From an uncultured Candidatus Saccharibacteria bacterium (GTDB lineage Bacteria; Patescibacteriota; Minisyncoccia; Phycocordibacterales; UBA9973): a stretch of 64,000 nt of DNA. Positions within the stretch are counted from its first letter, which is position 1. Each line of letters starts with the position of its first letter. A program made the position numbers and the translations under genes. The notes below the pieces were generated by a model that was not told the origin of the DNA, did not search any database, and saw nothing but the letters and a program-made list of their open reading frames with translations. The stretch covers positions 215 to 64,214 of the forward strand of contig CAYNLU010000003.1 of NCBI GenBank assembly GCA_964398205.1, given 5' to 3'. Below, piece after piece: positions 30,035 through 41,211 of this stretch.

Positions 30035-33000
30035 ATGCAAAAAGATACAAAACGACCAAAAAAGTATTTTGCAAGGTATAAGGATCCTTTGGTACCTTAT
30101 CCTCAATTAATAGAATCTCAACTAAAGTCATTCAAATGGCTAGTAGAAGAGGGAATAAAAGAAGTTTTTAAAGAGTTCTCTCCGATATCTGATTATTCAG
30201 GTAAAAAATTTGATTTAGAGTTCACTTCTTTTTCTTTAAGTGATCCTAAAGAAGATGAAAACTATACAAAGATAAATAAGGTATCTTATCAAGGGCAATT
30301 AAAAGCTCGTGTTAAGCTTACAAATAAAATCCTAAACTCTGTAAAAGAGCAGGAGATTTTTATGTCTGATTTACCGATGATGACTAGTCACGGTACTTTT
30401 ATTATTAATGGTGTAGAAAGAGTGATAGTTCCGCAATTAGCTCGTAGTTTCGGAGTATTTTTCACTGAAAGTGAGAGTAAAGGTAAAAGATATTTTGGTG
30501 CTAAAGTTATACCTGCTCGTGGAGTTTGGATTGAAATAGAATCTGAATCTGACGGAGGTATTTATGTTCGTATTGATAAAAAAAGAAAATTCCCAGTTTC
30601 ATTATTGTTGCGTGCTTTAGGAGCAGACTCTAATGAAAAAATATTAAAAGCTTTTTCTGATAATGAAGTTTTGTTAGCTGGTATTAAAGAAGCTTTAGCT
30701 AAAGATAATACTAAAACTTTAGATGAAAATTATATTGAAATTTACAAGAGACTTCGTGATGGAGATATGGCAAGTCCTGAAAATGCACGTGAATTCGTAG
30801 ATTCTCTATTTATAAAAGACAGATATGACCTTTCTCCTGTTGGACGTTATCGTTTCAATCAAAGATTTGGTAAAAATATGGATAAGGCTGAATTAGAAAG
30901 AAGAACTTTATCTTTAGACGATATGTTTTCTATTGTTCGTCATATTTTAACTTTGAACAATGATGCTTTTGCAAAAGCTGACGATATCGATCACTTAGGT
31001 CAACGTCGTGTACGTTTTGTTGGAGAAATGTTACAACAAAAGATTCGTACAGGTATGATGCAAATCAAGAGAAATATTCAAGACCGTATGTCTATTATTG
31101 ATGTAGATAGTGCTTTGCCTATTCATATCATCAACCAAAGACCTCTACAAGCTCGTATTAAAGAATTTTTCACAACCAACCAACTTTCTCAATTTATGAG
31201 TCAAGAAAACGTACTTGCAGAAATGGAGCATATTCGTTTGCTTTCAGCTCTAGGACCTGGAGGTCTTACTCGTGAACGTGCAGGTCTAGAAGTTCGTGAC
31301 GTGCATCCTTCTCACTACGGACGTGTTTGTCCTATTCATACTCCTGAAGGACCGAATATCGGTTTGATTGTTCACTTGTCTACTTATGCAAAGATTAATG
31401 ATTTCGGTATTATTGAAACTCCTTATATTAAAGTTAAAAACGGTAAAATTACAGGAGAAATGGTTTATTTGAATGCTCTTGAAGAAGAAAAACACAACAT
31501 CGCTCATGCTGCAACTCCTTATGATGATAATGGTAAAATCACAGTAGAAAAAGTTGCTGCTCGTATTAAAACAGAGCCAGGTGAAGTTTCTCGTGATGAG
31601 ATAGATTTCATTGATGTTGCGCCGAATCAAGCTTTCTCTCTTGCGACTTCTATGATTCCTTTCTTGGAACATAACGATGCTAACCGTGCACTGATGGGAA
31701 GTAACATGCAAAAGCAAGCTGTGCCTTGTGTATTACCTGATCAACCTTTAGTTGCAACTGGTATTGAAGCACTAGTTGCTCGTGATGGAGGTAGAATAGT
31801 TATTGCTACAGAAGACGGAGTTGTAAAATACGTTGATGGTAGAAAAATAATTGTTGAAGGTAAAAAAGAACATACTTATGAATTGATAAATTATTTAAGA
31901 AATAACAACTTCTCAGTATTTCATCAAAGACCAATCGTCAACGTTGGTGATAAAGTTAAAAAAGGAGATGTGCTTGCTGATACTTCAAGTACAAAAGGTG
32001 GGGAAGCAGCACTTGGTCAAAACGTGCGCGTAGCTTTTCTTTCTTGGTCTGGAGCAAACTACGAAGACGCGATCATCCTTTCTGAAAGAATGGTTAAAAA
32101 TAGTAAATTTACAAGTATTTATGTTGAAGAATTTATTGCTATTGTGCGTGATACTAAACTTGGTCCAGAAGTAACTACTCGTGATATACCTAACGTTGGA
32201 GAATTAAAACTTAAAGATTTGGATGAAGACGGTATTATCCGTATTGGAGCAGAGGTTCGTGAAAATGATATTTTAGTAGGTAAAATTACTCCAAAAGGTG
32301 AAACAGAATTAACTCCAGAAGAAAGATTGTTACGTTCTATATTTGCTGATAAAGCTCGTGACGTAAAAGATACTTCACTGCGCGTAGAACACGGTAAAAG
32401 AGGACGTGTTATCGGAGTAAAGATTTTCTCTCGTGAAATGGGTCATCAATTAGAAGCAGGTATTATTAAGAAAATAGTGATTGAGGTTGCTCAAGTTAGA
32501 AATATTTCTGTTGGAGATAAGCTTTCAGGACGTCACGGTAACAAAGGTGTTATTTCTCTAATATTACCAGAAGAAGATATGCCATACATGGCAGATGGAA
32601 CTCCTATCGATGTGATACTTTCACCGCTTGGTGTTCCTTCTCGTATGAACTTAGGACAAATTTTAGAAATTCATCTCGGACTTGCTGCTAATACTTTAGG
32701 TTATCAAGCAATTATTCCTCCTTTCTTGGGAGCAAAAAGAGAAGAAATTCAAGAAGAATTGAAAAAAGCTGGTTATCCAGAAAACGGACGTTTAACTCTT
32801 TATGATGGAAGAACAGGTGAACCATTTGAACAAGACGTAGCTGTAGGTTATATGCATATGCTTAAACTGCACCACATGGTAGAAGACAAGATTCATATGC
32901 GTTCTATTGGTCCGTACTCTCTAATCACTCAACAACCATTAGGAGGTAAAGCTCAAGGTGGAGGACAAAGATTTGGAGAAATGGAAGTGTGGGCTTTAGA

Positions 33001-33190
33001 AGGTTACGGTGCGGCTTATTCACTTCGTGAAATGCTTACAATCAAGTCTGACGATATACAAGGTCGATCTATGACATTCGATTCTATTATTAAAAACGAA
33101 ACAATCAAGGCTCCAAATTCTCCTGCATCATTCAATGTTATGCTCAATTATTTAAGAGGTCTTGCATTAGACGTTAATCTAAAGAAATAA
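30035..33190 (+). CDS. rpoB: DNA-directed RNA polymerase subunit beta
   Basis: Conserved beta motifs throughout (GRYRFNQ, GPGGLTRERAG, NMQKQAVP, ...). The track ORF starts at 29990, but the plausible start is MQKDTKRPKKYF (30035). Confidence 0.9.
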   Translation: MQKDTKRPKKYFARYKDPLVPYPQLIESQLKSFKWLVEEGIKEVFKEFSPISDYSGKKFDLEFTSFSLSDPKEDENYTKINKVSYQGQLKARVKLTNKILNSVKEQEIFMSDLPMMTSHGTFIINGVERVIVPQLARSFGVFFTESESKGKRYFGAKVIPARGVWIEIESESDGGIYVRIDKKRKFPVSLLLRALGADSNEKILKAFSDNEVLLAGIKEALAKDNTKTLDENYIEIYKRLRDGDMASPENAREFVDSLFIKDRYDLSPVGRYRFNQRFGKNMDKAELERRTLSLDDMFSIVRHILTLNNDAFAKADDIDHLGQRRVRFVGEMLQQKIRTGMMQIKRNIQDRMSIIDVDSALPIHIINQRPLQARIKEFFTTNQLSQFMSQENVLAEMEHIRLLSALGPGGLTRERAGLEVRDVHPSHYGRVCPIHTPEGPNIGLIVHLSTYAKINDFGIIETPYIKVKNGKITGEMVYLNALEEEKHNIAHAATPYDDNGKITVEKVAARIKTEPGEVSRDEIDFIDVAPNQAFSLATSMIPFLEHNDANRALMGSNMQKQAVPCVLPDQPLVATGIEALVARDGGRIVIATEDGVVKYVDGRKIIVEGKKEHTYELINYLRNNNFSVFHQRPIVNVGDKVKKGDVLADTSSTKGGEAALGQNVRVAFLSWSGANYEDAIILSERMVKNSKFTSIYVEEFIAIVRDTKLGPEVTTRDIPNVGELKLKDLDEDGIIRIGAEVRENDILVGKITPKGETELTPEERLLRSIFADKARDVKDTSLRVEHGKRGRVIGVKIFSREMGHQLEAGIIKKIVIEVAQVRNISVGDKLSGRHGNKGVISLILPEEDMPYMADGTPIDVILSPLGVPSRMNLGQILEIHLGLAANTLGYQAIIPPFLGAKREEIQEELKKAGYPENGRLTLYDGRTGEPFEQDVAVGYMHMLKLHHMVEDKIHMRSIGPYSLITQQPLGGKAQGGGQRFGEMEVWALEGYGAAYSLREMLTIKSDDIQGRSMTFDSIIKNETIKAPNSPASFNVMLNYLRGLALDVNLKK

Positions 33191-33193
33191 AAT

Positions 33194-36100
33194 ATGAAAA
33201 CATTAAACACAACTGATTTTAATGAAATAGAGTTAAAGATAGCCTCTCCAGAGCAAATCAAAGAATGGTCTTATGGAGAAGTTACTAAACCTGAAACGAT
33301 AAATTATCGTACAGGTCGCAGTGAACGCGGAGGTCTTTTTGACGAAAAGATTTTCGGTCCAGAAAAAGATTATGAATGTTACTGTGGAAAGTATCGCCGT
33401 ATTCGTTACAAAGATATTATCTGTGAAAAATGTGGAGTTGAAGTAACTCGTTCTATTGTACGTCGTGAAAGAATGGGTCACATAGAGCTTGCTACTCCAG
33501 TTGCGCATATTTGGTTCTTGCGTGGAGTTCCTTCTCGTATGAGTATATTGCTTAATATTTCAGTATCTGATTTAGAAAAAGTTATCTATTTTGCAGGATA
33601 TATTATCACTAAAGTTCACGAAGAAGAAAAACAAAATGTTATTTCAGAATTAGAAAAAGAATACAAGAGTAAACTAAAAACTTCTCAAGATGAAGAAACT
33701 CGTGAAAAGTTAAAAAACTTACTTGCTGTTACTAAAAAAGAAATCAATGAAATTTATGAAGGTAAAGTTTTGAATGAAATTTCTTTCCATCATTATTCTT
33801 TGAAATACGGTCCTTGCTTTGAAGCAAATATTGGAGCTGAAGCTATTTATTCTATTTTTAAAAATTTAGATTTAAATAAATTAAAAGCTCATACTGAAGA
33901 AATGATCAAAAAGGCAAGTCCTCTTGAAAAAGAGAAATTGCAAAAGAGACTTTCTCTTATTCGTGCTATGCTTTACGCAGATTTGCGTCCAGAATGGATG
34001 TTCTTATCTGTAATTCCAGTTATACCTCCAGTATTACGCCCTATGGTTGCTTTAGATGGAGGGCGTCATGCTACAAGTGATCTAAACGATCTTTATCGTC
34101 GTGTTATCAATAGAAATAATCGTCTAAAGAAATTAAAAGAAATTAATGCTCCAGACGTTATTCTTAGAAATGAAAAAAGAATTATTCAAGAAGCTGTAGA
34201 TGCTCTTATTGATAACTCAATTGCCAAGCAAAATGATTCTCAAGCTGTTAGTCAATCTCAAAAGAGACCTCTTAAGTCTTTGGCTGATAACTTAAAATCA
34301 AAGCAAGGTCTTTTCCGTGCAAACTTACTTGGTAAGCGTGTAGACTATTCTGCTCGTTCTGTAATTGTTGGAGGACCTCAATTAAAGTTAAATCAATGTG
34401 GTTTACCTAAACATATGGCTTTGGAATTATTTAAACCTTTTGTAATTTCAAAAATTCTGCAAGCTGAACTTGCTTTCAATATTCGTGGAGCAAATAAATT
34501 GATTGAAGAAAGAACTCCTGAAGTTTGGGCAATGTTAGAAGAAGTTATTGAAGGCAAATATGTACTTCTTAACCGTGCACCAACTTTGCACCGTCTAGGT
34601 ATTCAAGCTTTTAACCCAATTTTGATTGAAGGTAATGCAATTCAAGTTCATCCGCTTGTTTGTCAGGCTTTCAACGCTGACTTCGACGGAGACCAAATGG
34701 CTGTGTATCTTCCTTTATCAGTTGAAGCTCAAGATGAAGCTCGTGAATTGATGGCTGCAAATAAAAACTTGCTTAAGCCTCAAAACGGAGATCCGATCGC
34801 TAACCCTCGCATGGATATGGTATTAGGAGCATTCTGGATGACTAAAGGGGTTGATGGTGAAACTGGAGAAGGAAAATATTTCTCAAGCCCAAATGCTGCG
34901 ATCACTGCTTATGAATACGGAGTAGTGTCATTACGTGCTAAAATCAAAGTTTTAGCAACTGATACTCCAAAATATAAAAACCTAGGAGGACAAATTTTTG
35001 AAACTACTGTAGGTAAGTTGCTTTTCAATAGTATTTTACCAAATGATTTCCTTTATGTTGGTGAGGAAATGAGTCAAAAGAGATTGTCTCTTTTAGTTGA
35101 TGAAATGATTATGCATTACGGTATTGATGAAACTCCAAAAGTCCTCGATGCGATTAAGGCTTTCGGTTATAAGTACGCTACAATTTCAGGTACAACTTGG
35201 GGTCTTGATAATGTTACTGTGCCAGAAGAAAAGAAAGAAATTATTAAATCTGCGAAAGCTGCTGAAGAACAAGTTCGCAGTGAATGGAATGATGGTTTGC
35301 TTTCTGACAATGAAAAATATCAAAAGATTATTGAAATCTGGACTCGTGCTAAAAAAGATTTAGAAAAAATATTACCTAATACTTTGGATAAAAACGGATC
35401 TACTTATGATTTGTTTACTTCTGGAGCAAGAGGTACTATGACTTCTCTTTCTCAAATGACAGGTATGAAAGGGCTTATTCAAAATAACCAAGGTAAAACT
35501 TTGGAATTTCCAATCATCCCTTCATATCAAGAAGGATTATCTCCGATTGAATATTTCGTTGCTACTCACGGTGCTCGTAAGGGTGCTTCTGATACTGCTC
35601 TTAATACCGCAAAAGCTGGTTATTTGACTCGTAGATTGGTTGACGTTGCGCAAGATGTGGTTGTAACTGAAGAGGATTGTGGTACAAAAGAAGGCAAAAT
35701 GGTTTCTTCAGAAAATATTTCTGGTATTGAAATTCCATTATCTAAAAATATTCGTGGACGTGTATTAGCAGGAGATCTTAAAGACGAAAACGGTAATGTT
35801 CTTTATAAAAAAGGATTCTTAATAACTAAAGAAGAAGCAGTTTTGATCGAATCAAAAGGAATCAAAGAAGTATTTGTACGTTCTCCTCTTGCTTGTAAAA
35901 CTGCGCACGGACTTTGCCAAACTTGTTACGGTCTTGATTTAGGACGTAATAATTTAGTAAAACTTGGTGAAGCTGTAGGTATTATTGCTGCTCAAGCTAT
36001 TGGTGAACCGGGTACTCAGCTTACACTTCGTACTTTCCACGCTGGAGGTGTTGCAGGTACTGATATTACTCAAGGTTTGCCTCGTATTGAAGAAATTTTT

Positions 36101-36823
36101 GAAAAGAGAACTCCTAAGAATGGAGCTGTAGTTTCTCAAACTAAAGGAGAAGTAATCGAAGTTAAAGATAAAGAAGGGGAAGCTAGAATCATTAAAGTTT
36201 TATCCGATGTTAAAGCTGATTCTTTGAAATCTTCTTCAAGTGAAATCGAATACGTTATCCCTCCTTATAGAATTCCAGTAGTAAAAGTAGGCGACAAAGT
36301 AGTAGAAGGTGAATTATTGACTGATGGTTCTGCTGATATTTCTGAAGTATTTAAATATGGAGGAAAAGATAAAGTTGAAGAATATATAATTCGTGAAATA
36401 AATAAAGTTTATGAATTACAAAGTGCTTCTATTTCTCGTAAACATACTGAAATCATAGTTCGTCAAATGTTCTCAAGAAAGAGAATTAAAGAAGCTGGCG
36501 AAACTAATTTCTCTATTGGTGATATTGTAGAAAATACAGCATTTATCGAAGAAAATAATCGCATGAAAGCTTTAAGTAACATCGAAGCAAAAGCTGAAAC
36601 TATTGTTCTAGGTATTACTGAAGTTTCTTTGCGTACTAAGAGTTGGCTTTCTGCAGCTTCTTTCCAAAACACAAATCGTGTGCTTATTGAAAACGCTGTT
36701 AAAGGAGGAGTTGATTCTCTACGTGGACTTAAAGAAAATGTTATTATCGGTCGCTTGATTCCTGCGGGAACAGGCTTTAGAAATAAAAGCGAAGTAGTTT
36801 TCGAAGCAGAAAACGAACAATAA
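33194..36823 (+). CDS. rpoC: DNA-directed RNA polymerase subunit beta'
   Basis: Zn-binding CxxC..CxxC near the N-terminus, catalytic NADFDGDQMAV, trigger loop. 1209 aa. Confidence 0.9.
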   Translation: MKTLNTTDFNEIELKIASPEQIKEWSYGEVTKPETINYRTGRSERGGLFDEKIFGPEKDYECYCGKYRRIRYKDIICEKCGVEVTRSIVRRERMGHIELATPVAHIWFLRGVPSRMSILLNISVSDLEKVIYFAGYIITKVHEEEKQNVISELEKEYKSKLKTSQDEETREKLKNLLAVTKKEINEIYEGKVLNEISFHHYSLKYGPCFEANIGAEAIYSIFKNLDLNKLKAHTEEMIKKASPLEKEKLQKRLSLIRAMLYADLRPEWMFLSVIPVIPPVLRPMVALDGGRHATSDLNDLYRRVINRNNRLKKLKEINAPDVILRNEKRIIQEAVDALIDNSIAKQNDSQAVSQSQKRPLKSLADNLKSKQGLFRANLLGKRVDYSARSVIVGGPQLKLNQCGLPKHMALELFKPFVISKILQAELAFNIRGANKLIEERTPEVWAMLEEVIEGKYVLLNRAPTLHRLGIQAFNPILIEGNAIQVHPLVCQAFNADFDGDQMAVYLPLSVEAQDEARELMAANKNLLKPQNGDPIANPRMDMVLGAFWMTKGVDGETGEGKYFSSPNAAITAYEYGVVSLRAKIKVLATDTPKYKNLGGQIFETTVGKLLFNSILPNDFLYVGEEMSQKRLSLLVDEMIMHYGIDETPKVLDAIKAFGYKYATISGTTWGLDNVTVPEEKKEIIKSAKAAEEQVRSEWNDGLLSDNEKYQKIIEIWTRAKKDLEKILPNTLDKNGSTYDLFTSGARGTMTSLSQMTGMKGLIQNNQGKTLEFPIIPSYQEGLSPIEYFVATHGARKGASDTALNTAKAGYLTRRLVDVAQDVVVTEEDCGTKEGKMVSSENISGIEIPLSKNIRGRVLAGDLKDENGNVLYKKGFLITKEEAVLIESKGIKEVFVRSPLACKTAHGLCQTCYGLDLGRNNLVKLGEAVGIIAAQAIGEPGTQLTLRTFHAGGVAGTDITQGLPRIEEIFEKRTPKNGAVVSQTKGEVIEVKDKEGEARIIKVLSDVKADSLKSSSSEIEYVIPPYRIPVVKVGDKVVEGELLTDGSADISEVFKYGGKDKVEEYIIREINKVYELQSASISRKHTEIIVRQMFSRKRIKEAGETNFSIGDIVENTAFIEENNRMKALSNIEAKAETIVLGITEVSLRTKSWLSAASFQNTNRVLIENAVKGGVDSLRGLKENVIIGRLIPAGTGFRNKSEVVFEAENEQ

Positions 36824-36829
36824 AATAAT

Positions 36830-38590
36830 ATGAACTCTCCTGTAAATCAAATCAAGGAGAGACTAACAATAGAAGAAGTGGTCTCTTCATATATACCTTT
36901 AGTTAAGGTGGGGAATACTTTGAAAGCAAAGTGTCCTTTTCACAATGAAAAGACCCCTTCTTTCTTTGTTTCTAATGAAAGAAGTAGTTATTATTGTTTC
37001 GGTTGCGGTAAAGGTGGAGACATTTTTAATTTCGTAGAAGAGTTCGAAGGTTTAGATTTTAAAGGTGCGCTAAAATTACTTGCAGATAAAGCCAACGTAT
37101 CTTTGTATGATTTTAAAGATGAAAATAAAGATGAAAAAGATGAACTTTATACTGTAATGGAAGAAGCGACTTTGTATTTTGAAAATAATTTGAAAAATAA
37201 CAAAAATGCTTTAGATTATCTAAACAAAAGAGGTTTGACCAATGAAACTATTTTAAATTTTAGATTAGGATTTGCTAATGATGCTTGGAGAGATTTAGTA
37301 AATTATCTTCTAACTAAAAATTTTAAATATGAAATCGTTGCTAAAGCCGGACTTATAAAGAAAAAAGATGAAAATGATAAAGACTATTCTAAAGCTTATG
37401 ATCGTTTTCGTTTTCGTATAATGTTTCCGATTATGGATAGTAGTGGTAGAGTGATTGCTTTTTCTGGAAGATATTTAGGTCAAGATGATAAGATTGCAAA
37501 ATATTTAAATAGCCCCGAAACTCCAATTTTTAATAAAAGTAGAGTTTTGTACGGGTTAAATTTTGCTAAAGAATTTATTCGCAAGAATACCTTTTCGATT
37601 TTAGTTGAAGGTCAAATGGATTTAATTCTTTCTCATCAAAATGGATTTAAAAATACAGTAGCAACTTCAGGTACAGCTATGTCTGGAGAGATTTTAGATA
37701 AGGCTAATAACGTTTCTAATTTAGGTTTAGTTAAACGATTGGCTAATAATATCGTAGTTGCTTTTGATGGAGATAAAGCTGGTATTAATGCTACCAAAAG
37801 GGCAAGTAAGATTGCTTTAGAACTAGGGATGGATATTAAAGTTACTGATATTAAAGACGGTTTAGATCCTGCCGATTTTATTTTAAAATACGGTAAAGAT
37901 GAATGGAAGAATGTGATTCGGAATTCTAAACACATTATAGAATCTATATTAGATAGTATTTTAAAGAATTTTGGTAATGATAGTCGCAAAATTGGTAAAA
38001 ATATTAATGAAGAACTATTGCCTTATTTATTATTATTAAGTAGCGATATTGATAAAAATCATTTCTTGAATTTAATTTCTAAGAAAACTTTAATTCCAAT
38101 TGAAGCTTTAAAGAATGATTTAGAAAAAATTAAAAATACAAATCAAAGTATATTTATAAATGATAATAAAGTAAATCCGTTTTTAAATACTGAAACAGAT
38201 GACTATATTAGTCGAGAGAAAAGAATTATAGGTTGGTTGATAGGTATAGTTTTTTGGCAAAAAGAAATCAAAGATAATATTCCAAATTTAGATAAATTTA
38301 TTAAAATTGTTGAAGATATTTTAAACAATAAATTAGAAAATATCTTAGAAAATAGACAAATTAATAAAGAAGAACTTGTGTTTAAAGTAGAAGAATTCTA
38401 TAGTAATAAGGATACCGGGTTCATAGAAATGGATATACAAGAATTGATTAAAGAGTTAAAGATATTATCATTAGAGCAAAAAGCTAAAGATATGGAAAAT
38501 GATTTAAATAATATAGAAATATTAACAGCATATAATCAGATTAAAATTCAAATAGAAGATATTAAAAACGGTCGCTTTAATTTTTATTAA
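36830..38590 (+). CDS. dnaG: DNA primase DnaG
   Basis: CHC2 zinc finger ([24 protein letters not shown]), TOPRIM (EGQMDLI..DGDKAG). Confidence 0.85.
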   Translation: MNSPVNQIKERLTIEEVVSSYIPLVKVGNTLKAKCPFHNEKTPSFFVSNERSSYYCFGCGKGGDIFNFVEEFEGLDFKGALKLLADKANVSLYDFKDENKDEKDELYTVMEEATLYFENNLKNNKNALDYLNKRGLTNETILNFRLGFANDAWRDLVNYLLTKNFKYEIVAKAGLIKKKDENDKDYSKAYDRFRFRIMFPIMDSSGRVIAFSGRYLGQDDKIAKYLNSPETPIFNKSRVLYGLNFAKEFIRKNTFSILVEGQMDLILSHQNGFKNTVATSGTAMSGEILDKANNVSNLGLVKRLANNIVVAFDGDKAGINATKRASKIALELGMDIKVTDIKDGLDPADFILKYGKDEWKNVIRNSKHIIESILDSILKNFGNDSRKIGKNINEELLPYLLLLSSDIDKNHFLNLISKKTLIPIEALKNDLEKIKNTNQSIFINDNKVNPFLNTETDDYISREKRIIGWLIGIVFWQKEIKDNIPNLDKFIKIVEDILNNKLENILENRQINKEELVFKVEEFYSNKDTGFIEMDIQELIKELKILSLEQKAKDMENDLNNIEILTAYNQIKIQIEDIKNGRFNFY

Positions 38591-38595
38591 GACAT

Positions 38596-39921
38596 ATGAA
38601 GAAAAAAAATATTCAAAAAACAAAAACAGCTAAGGTAATTAAAAAAGTTGCTAAAGTAGTAGCTAAAAAAGCAAAACCTAAAGCAAAGGTAGCTAAAAAG
38701 CTTGTTAAGAAAGTTATCAAAAAAGCTAAGCCTGTAAAAAAAGCTAAAAAAATAAAACCTAGCAAAGTTAAAAAAGTTGTTTCTAAAAAAACTAAAGTTA
38801 ATACTTTGAAAAAAGAAGTTAAAGAAACACCAAAGAAATTAACTGCTGCTGAAAGAAAGCAAGAAGAATTAGAAAACAAGAAACAAGTTTTAATAGAAAA
38901 AGGGAAGAAGAGAGGTTTTATTACTTATGATGAAATCTTAAAAGCTTTTCCTGATATTGAAAATAATATTTTTTTCTTAGATGAGCTTTATGAAAGTTTT
39001 GCTACTTCCGGTATCGATGTATTGGAGGGGGGTAATTTATTAAATCTAGATGCAGATCAAGACGTTAAAGATTTATTGAAAAATGCGAATCATGATTCTA
39101 TCCAAATGTATCTTAAAGAAATAGGTCAATATCCTCTTATTTATGCTCAAGAAGAAAAAGATTTAGCAAAAAGAATAGAACAAGGTGACGAAGAAGCTAA
39201 AAACTTGCTTGCTCGCGCAAACTTACGTTTGGTGGTTTCTATTGCTAAAAAATACGTAGGCCGTAGTGCTAATTTATCTTTGCTTGATTTAATTCAAGAA
39301 GGGAATTTAGGTCTTTTTAAAGCTGTAGAAAAATTTGATTGGAATAAAGGTTTTAAATTCTCCACTTATGCGACTTGGTGGATTCGTCAATCTATAACTC
39401 GTGCCCTCGCTGATCAATCTCGTACTATTCGTATTCCTGTACACATGGTTGAAACTATTTCTAAATACAAGCAAATTCATCGTAAACTCAGTCAAGATTT
39501 AGGTCGTGAGCCTTTAGCTGAAGAAATAGCAACTGAGATGGGTATACCGGTAGAGAAGATTCACGTTATTGAAAATATTTCTCAAGATACAGTATCTTTA
39601 GAGCAACCTATTGGAGATGATGACGATAAATCTACTTTAGAAAATTTCATTTCAGATGATAAAATATTGCGTCCTGATCAAGAATCTTCACGCCGTATTT
39701 TATCTGATCAAATTCGTGAAGTTTTAGATGAACTTAATCCAAAAGAAAGAAAGATTTTAGAAATGCGTTATGGTTTAATAGATGGCATTCAACATACTTT
39801 AGAAAAAGTAGGGGAAGAATTCGGAGTTACCCGAGAACGTATTCGTCAAATCGAAGCTAAGGTTCACGATAAACTTCGCTCTCATGAAAAAATCGCAAGA
39901 CTTAAAAACTATTTTGACTAA
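38596..39921 (+). CDS. rpoD: RNA polymerase sigma factor RpoD (sigma-70) with Lys-rich N-terminal extension
   Basis: Region 2 ([27 protein letters not shown]), regions 3 and 4 ([22 protein letters not shown]). dnaG-rpoD synteny. Confidence 0.9.
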   Translation: MKKKNIQKTKTAKVIKKVAKVVAKKAKPKAKVAKKLVKKVIKKAKPVKKAKKIKPSKVKKVVSKKTKVNTLKKEVKETPKKLTAAERKQEELENKKQVLIEKGKKRGFITYDEILKAFPDIENNIFFLDELYESFATSGIDVLEGGNLLNLDADQDVKDLLKNANHDSIQMYLKEIGQYPLIYAQEEKDLAKRIEQGDEEAKNLLARANLRLVVSIAKKYVGRSANLSLLDLIQEGNLGLFKAVEKFDWNKGFKFSTYATWWIRQSITRALADQSRTIRIPVHMVETISKYKQIHRKLSQDLGREPLAEEIATEMGIPVEKIHVIENISQDTVSLEQPIGDDDDKSTLENFISDDKILRPDQESSRRILSDQIREVLDELNPKERKILEMRYGLIDGIQHTLEKVGEEFGVTRERIRQIEAKVHDKLRSHEKIARLKNYFD

Positions 39922-39925
39922 ATTA

Positions 39926-39952
39926 AAAAACTCCCTAAATGGGAGTTTTTTA
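39926..39952. terminator. bidirectional intrinsic terminator
   Basis: Hairpin aaaactccc-taaat-gggagtttt with flanking T/A runs. Sits between rpoD (+) and the dsbA-like gene (-). Confidence 0.6.
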
Positions 39953-39954
39953 AT

Positions 39955-40728
39955 TTAGTAATTTTTACTTAAGATGTCTAAAGCTTGTTTTAGACTTTCG
40001 TAGGGAGCGGCGCCTTCGATATTGTCTATAACTTTACCGTCGATTACTATAAAGCTTGCTGGGGTGCCTCGAACTCCAGCGATTTGGCCACTTAAGATTT
40101 GAGCTTGTATTTTTTCTTCGTAAACTTTATTCTCTACACAATCATTGAAAGCATACATAGTTAGGTCGAGATCTTCTGCTATTTGATTTATGTCTTCACT
40201 TGTAAAAGTATTATTCGACTTTGTTCTTTTATAGATTTCATCTGTAAATGCCCAGAAAAGTTGATTGCCACCTTGTTCGTATGCACATTCAGTAGCGATA
40301 GCTTCAGAGAAAGCATTAGGGTGTAAAGATTCTATAGGGAAGTGTCTATATACCCAAGCTACTTTTCCATCTGATTCTTCTACGATTTTATGCATAGTAA
40401 TATGAAACATTCTACAAAAAGGACATCCAGTATCAGAATATTCTACTATTTTTATCTTTGCATTCGGATTACCTAAAATATGATCCTCGCTAGTTATAGG
40501 AGCAAGCTCGATATCTTGCCCAGTTAATTCTTTGTTGGAGTTAGATTTTACAGATACGTTTCCTTTTGAATCTTTTAATAAAATAGCTCCGGCTATTAAG
40601 AATCCGATAACGATTATTGCACTAGCTATTGTTTTAAAAACTTCTTTTTTGTTGTTTTCCTTTGTAATAGTTATAGTTTCTTTGATTTCTATTTGTTCGA
40701 TATTATTTTCGTTTGTATTATTTTCCAT
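39955..40728 (-). CDS. DsbA-family thiol:disulfide oxidoreductase (membrane-anchored)
   Basis: N-terminal TM helix. Thioredoxin-fold CxxC active site YSDTGCPFCRMFH. Confidence 0.7.
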   Translation of the reverse strand: MENNTNENNIEQIEIKETITITKENNKKEVFKTIASAIIVIGFLIAGAILLKDSKGNVSVKSNSNKELTGQDIELAPITSEDHILGNPNAKIKIVEYSDTGCPFCRMFHITMHKIVEESDGKVAWVYRHFPIESLHPNAFSEAIATECAYEQGGNQLFWAFTDEIYKRTKSNNTFTSEDINQIAEDLDLTMYAFNDCVENKVYEEKIQAQILSGQIAGVRGTPASFIVIDGKVIDNIEGAAPYESLKQALDILSKNY

Positions 40729-40849
40729 ATATTTATATTTACCTGTTAATACTTATATAATAGCATTTTTTAATACAAATAGTATAATTATATAGAAAGT
40801 TATTGTATGCTTTGTCGACAGCATATTTATTAGGAAATTTTATAAAATT

Positions 40850-41152
40850 ATGTGTACAAATTGCAATAAATGTAATCATGGATGGTGTGGATGTTCTGTA
40901 TCTAAACTTATGAAAGTTTTAGTTATAGTAGGTGCGCTTAACTGGGGATTAGTAGGTATTGGTATACTTACAGGCTCTCCTTTAAATGCAGTAAATATCC
41001 TTTTCGGCAGCACTCCTTACGCTGAAGGAGCTGTATATCTAGTAGTAGGTATTGCGGCTTTAGGTACTTTGTGGGGTTGTCGATGTAAAACTTGTATGTC
41101 TTCTTGTGCTTCTTGCTCTGTAGAAGAAAAGAAAGAAAACAAGCCTATGTAA
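40850..41152 (+). CDS. DUF378-like small membrane protein with Cys-rich termini
   Basis: Core VGALNWGLVGIGIL matches the DUF378 signature. Flanked by CxxCxxC-type Cys clusters (MCTNCNKCNHGWCGC..; WGCRCKTCMSSCASC). The real start may be the internal Met at 40910. Confidence 0.45.
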   Translation: MCTNCNKCNHGWCGCSVSKLMKVLVIVGALNWGLVGIGILTGSPLNAVNILFGSTPYAEGAVYLVVGIAALGTLWGCRCKTCMSSCASCSVEEKKENKPM

Positions 41153-41167
41153 TAAGTCTGTTTTTTA

Positions 41168-41203
41168 AAGTAAAACACCTCCTAAGAGGTGTTTTACTTT
41201 TTG
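41168..41203 (+). terminator. intrinsic terminator
   Basis: 12-bp stem gtaaaacacctc-ctaa-gaggtgttttac followed by a T-run. Confidence 0.6.
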
Positions 41204-41211
41204 TCTAAAAT

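Noticed and set aside
29879-30106. 75-aa minus-strand ORF upstream of rpoB
   Set aside because: Antisense to the rpoB leader and start; odd composition; probably spurious.
31286-38879. Antisense ORFs within rpoB, rpoC, dnaG and rpoD (143, 91, 79, 61, 69, 117, 88, 62 aa)
   Set aside because: All lie inside highly conserved housekeeping genes on the opposite strand or in alternate frames. No support.
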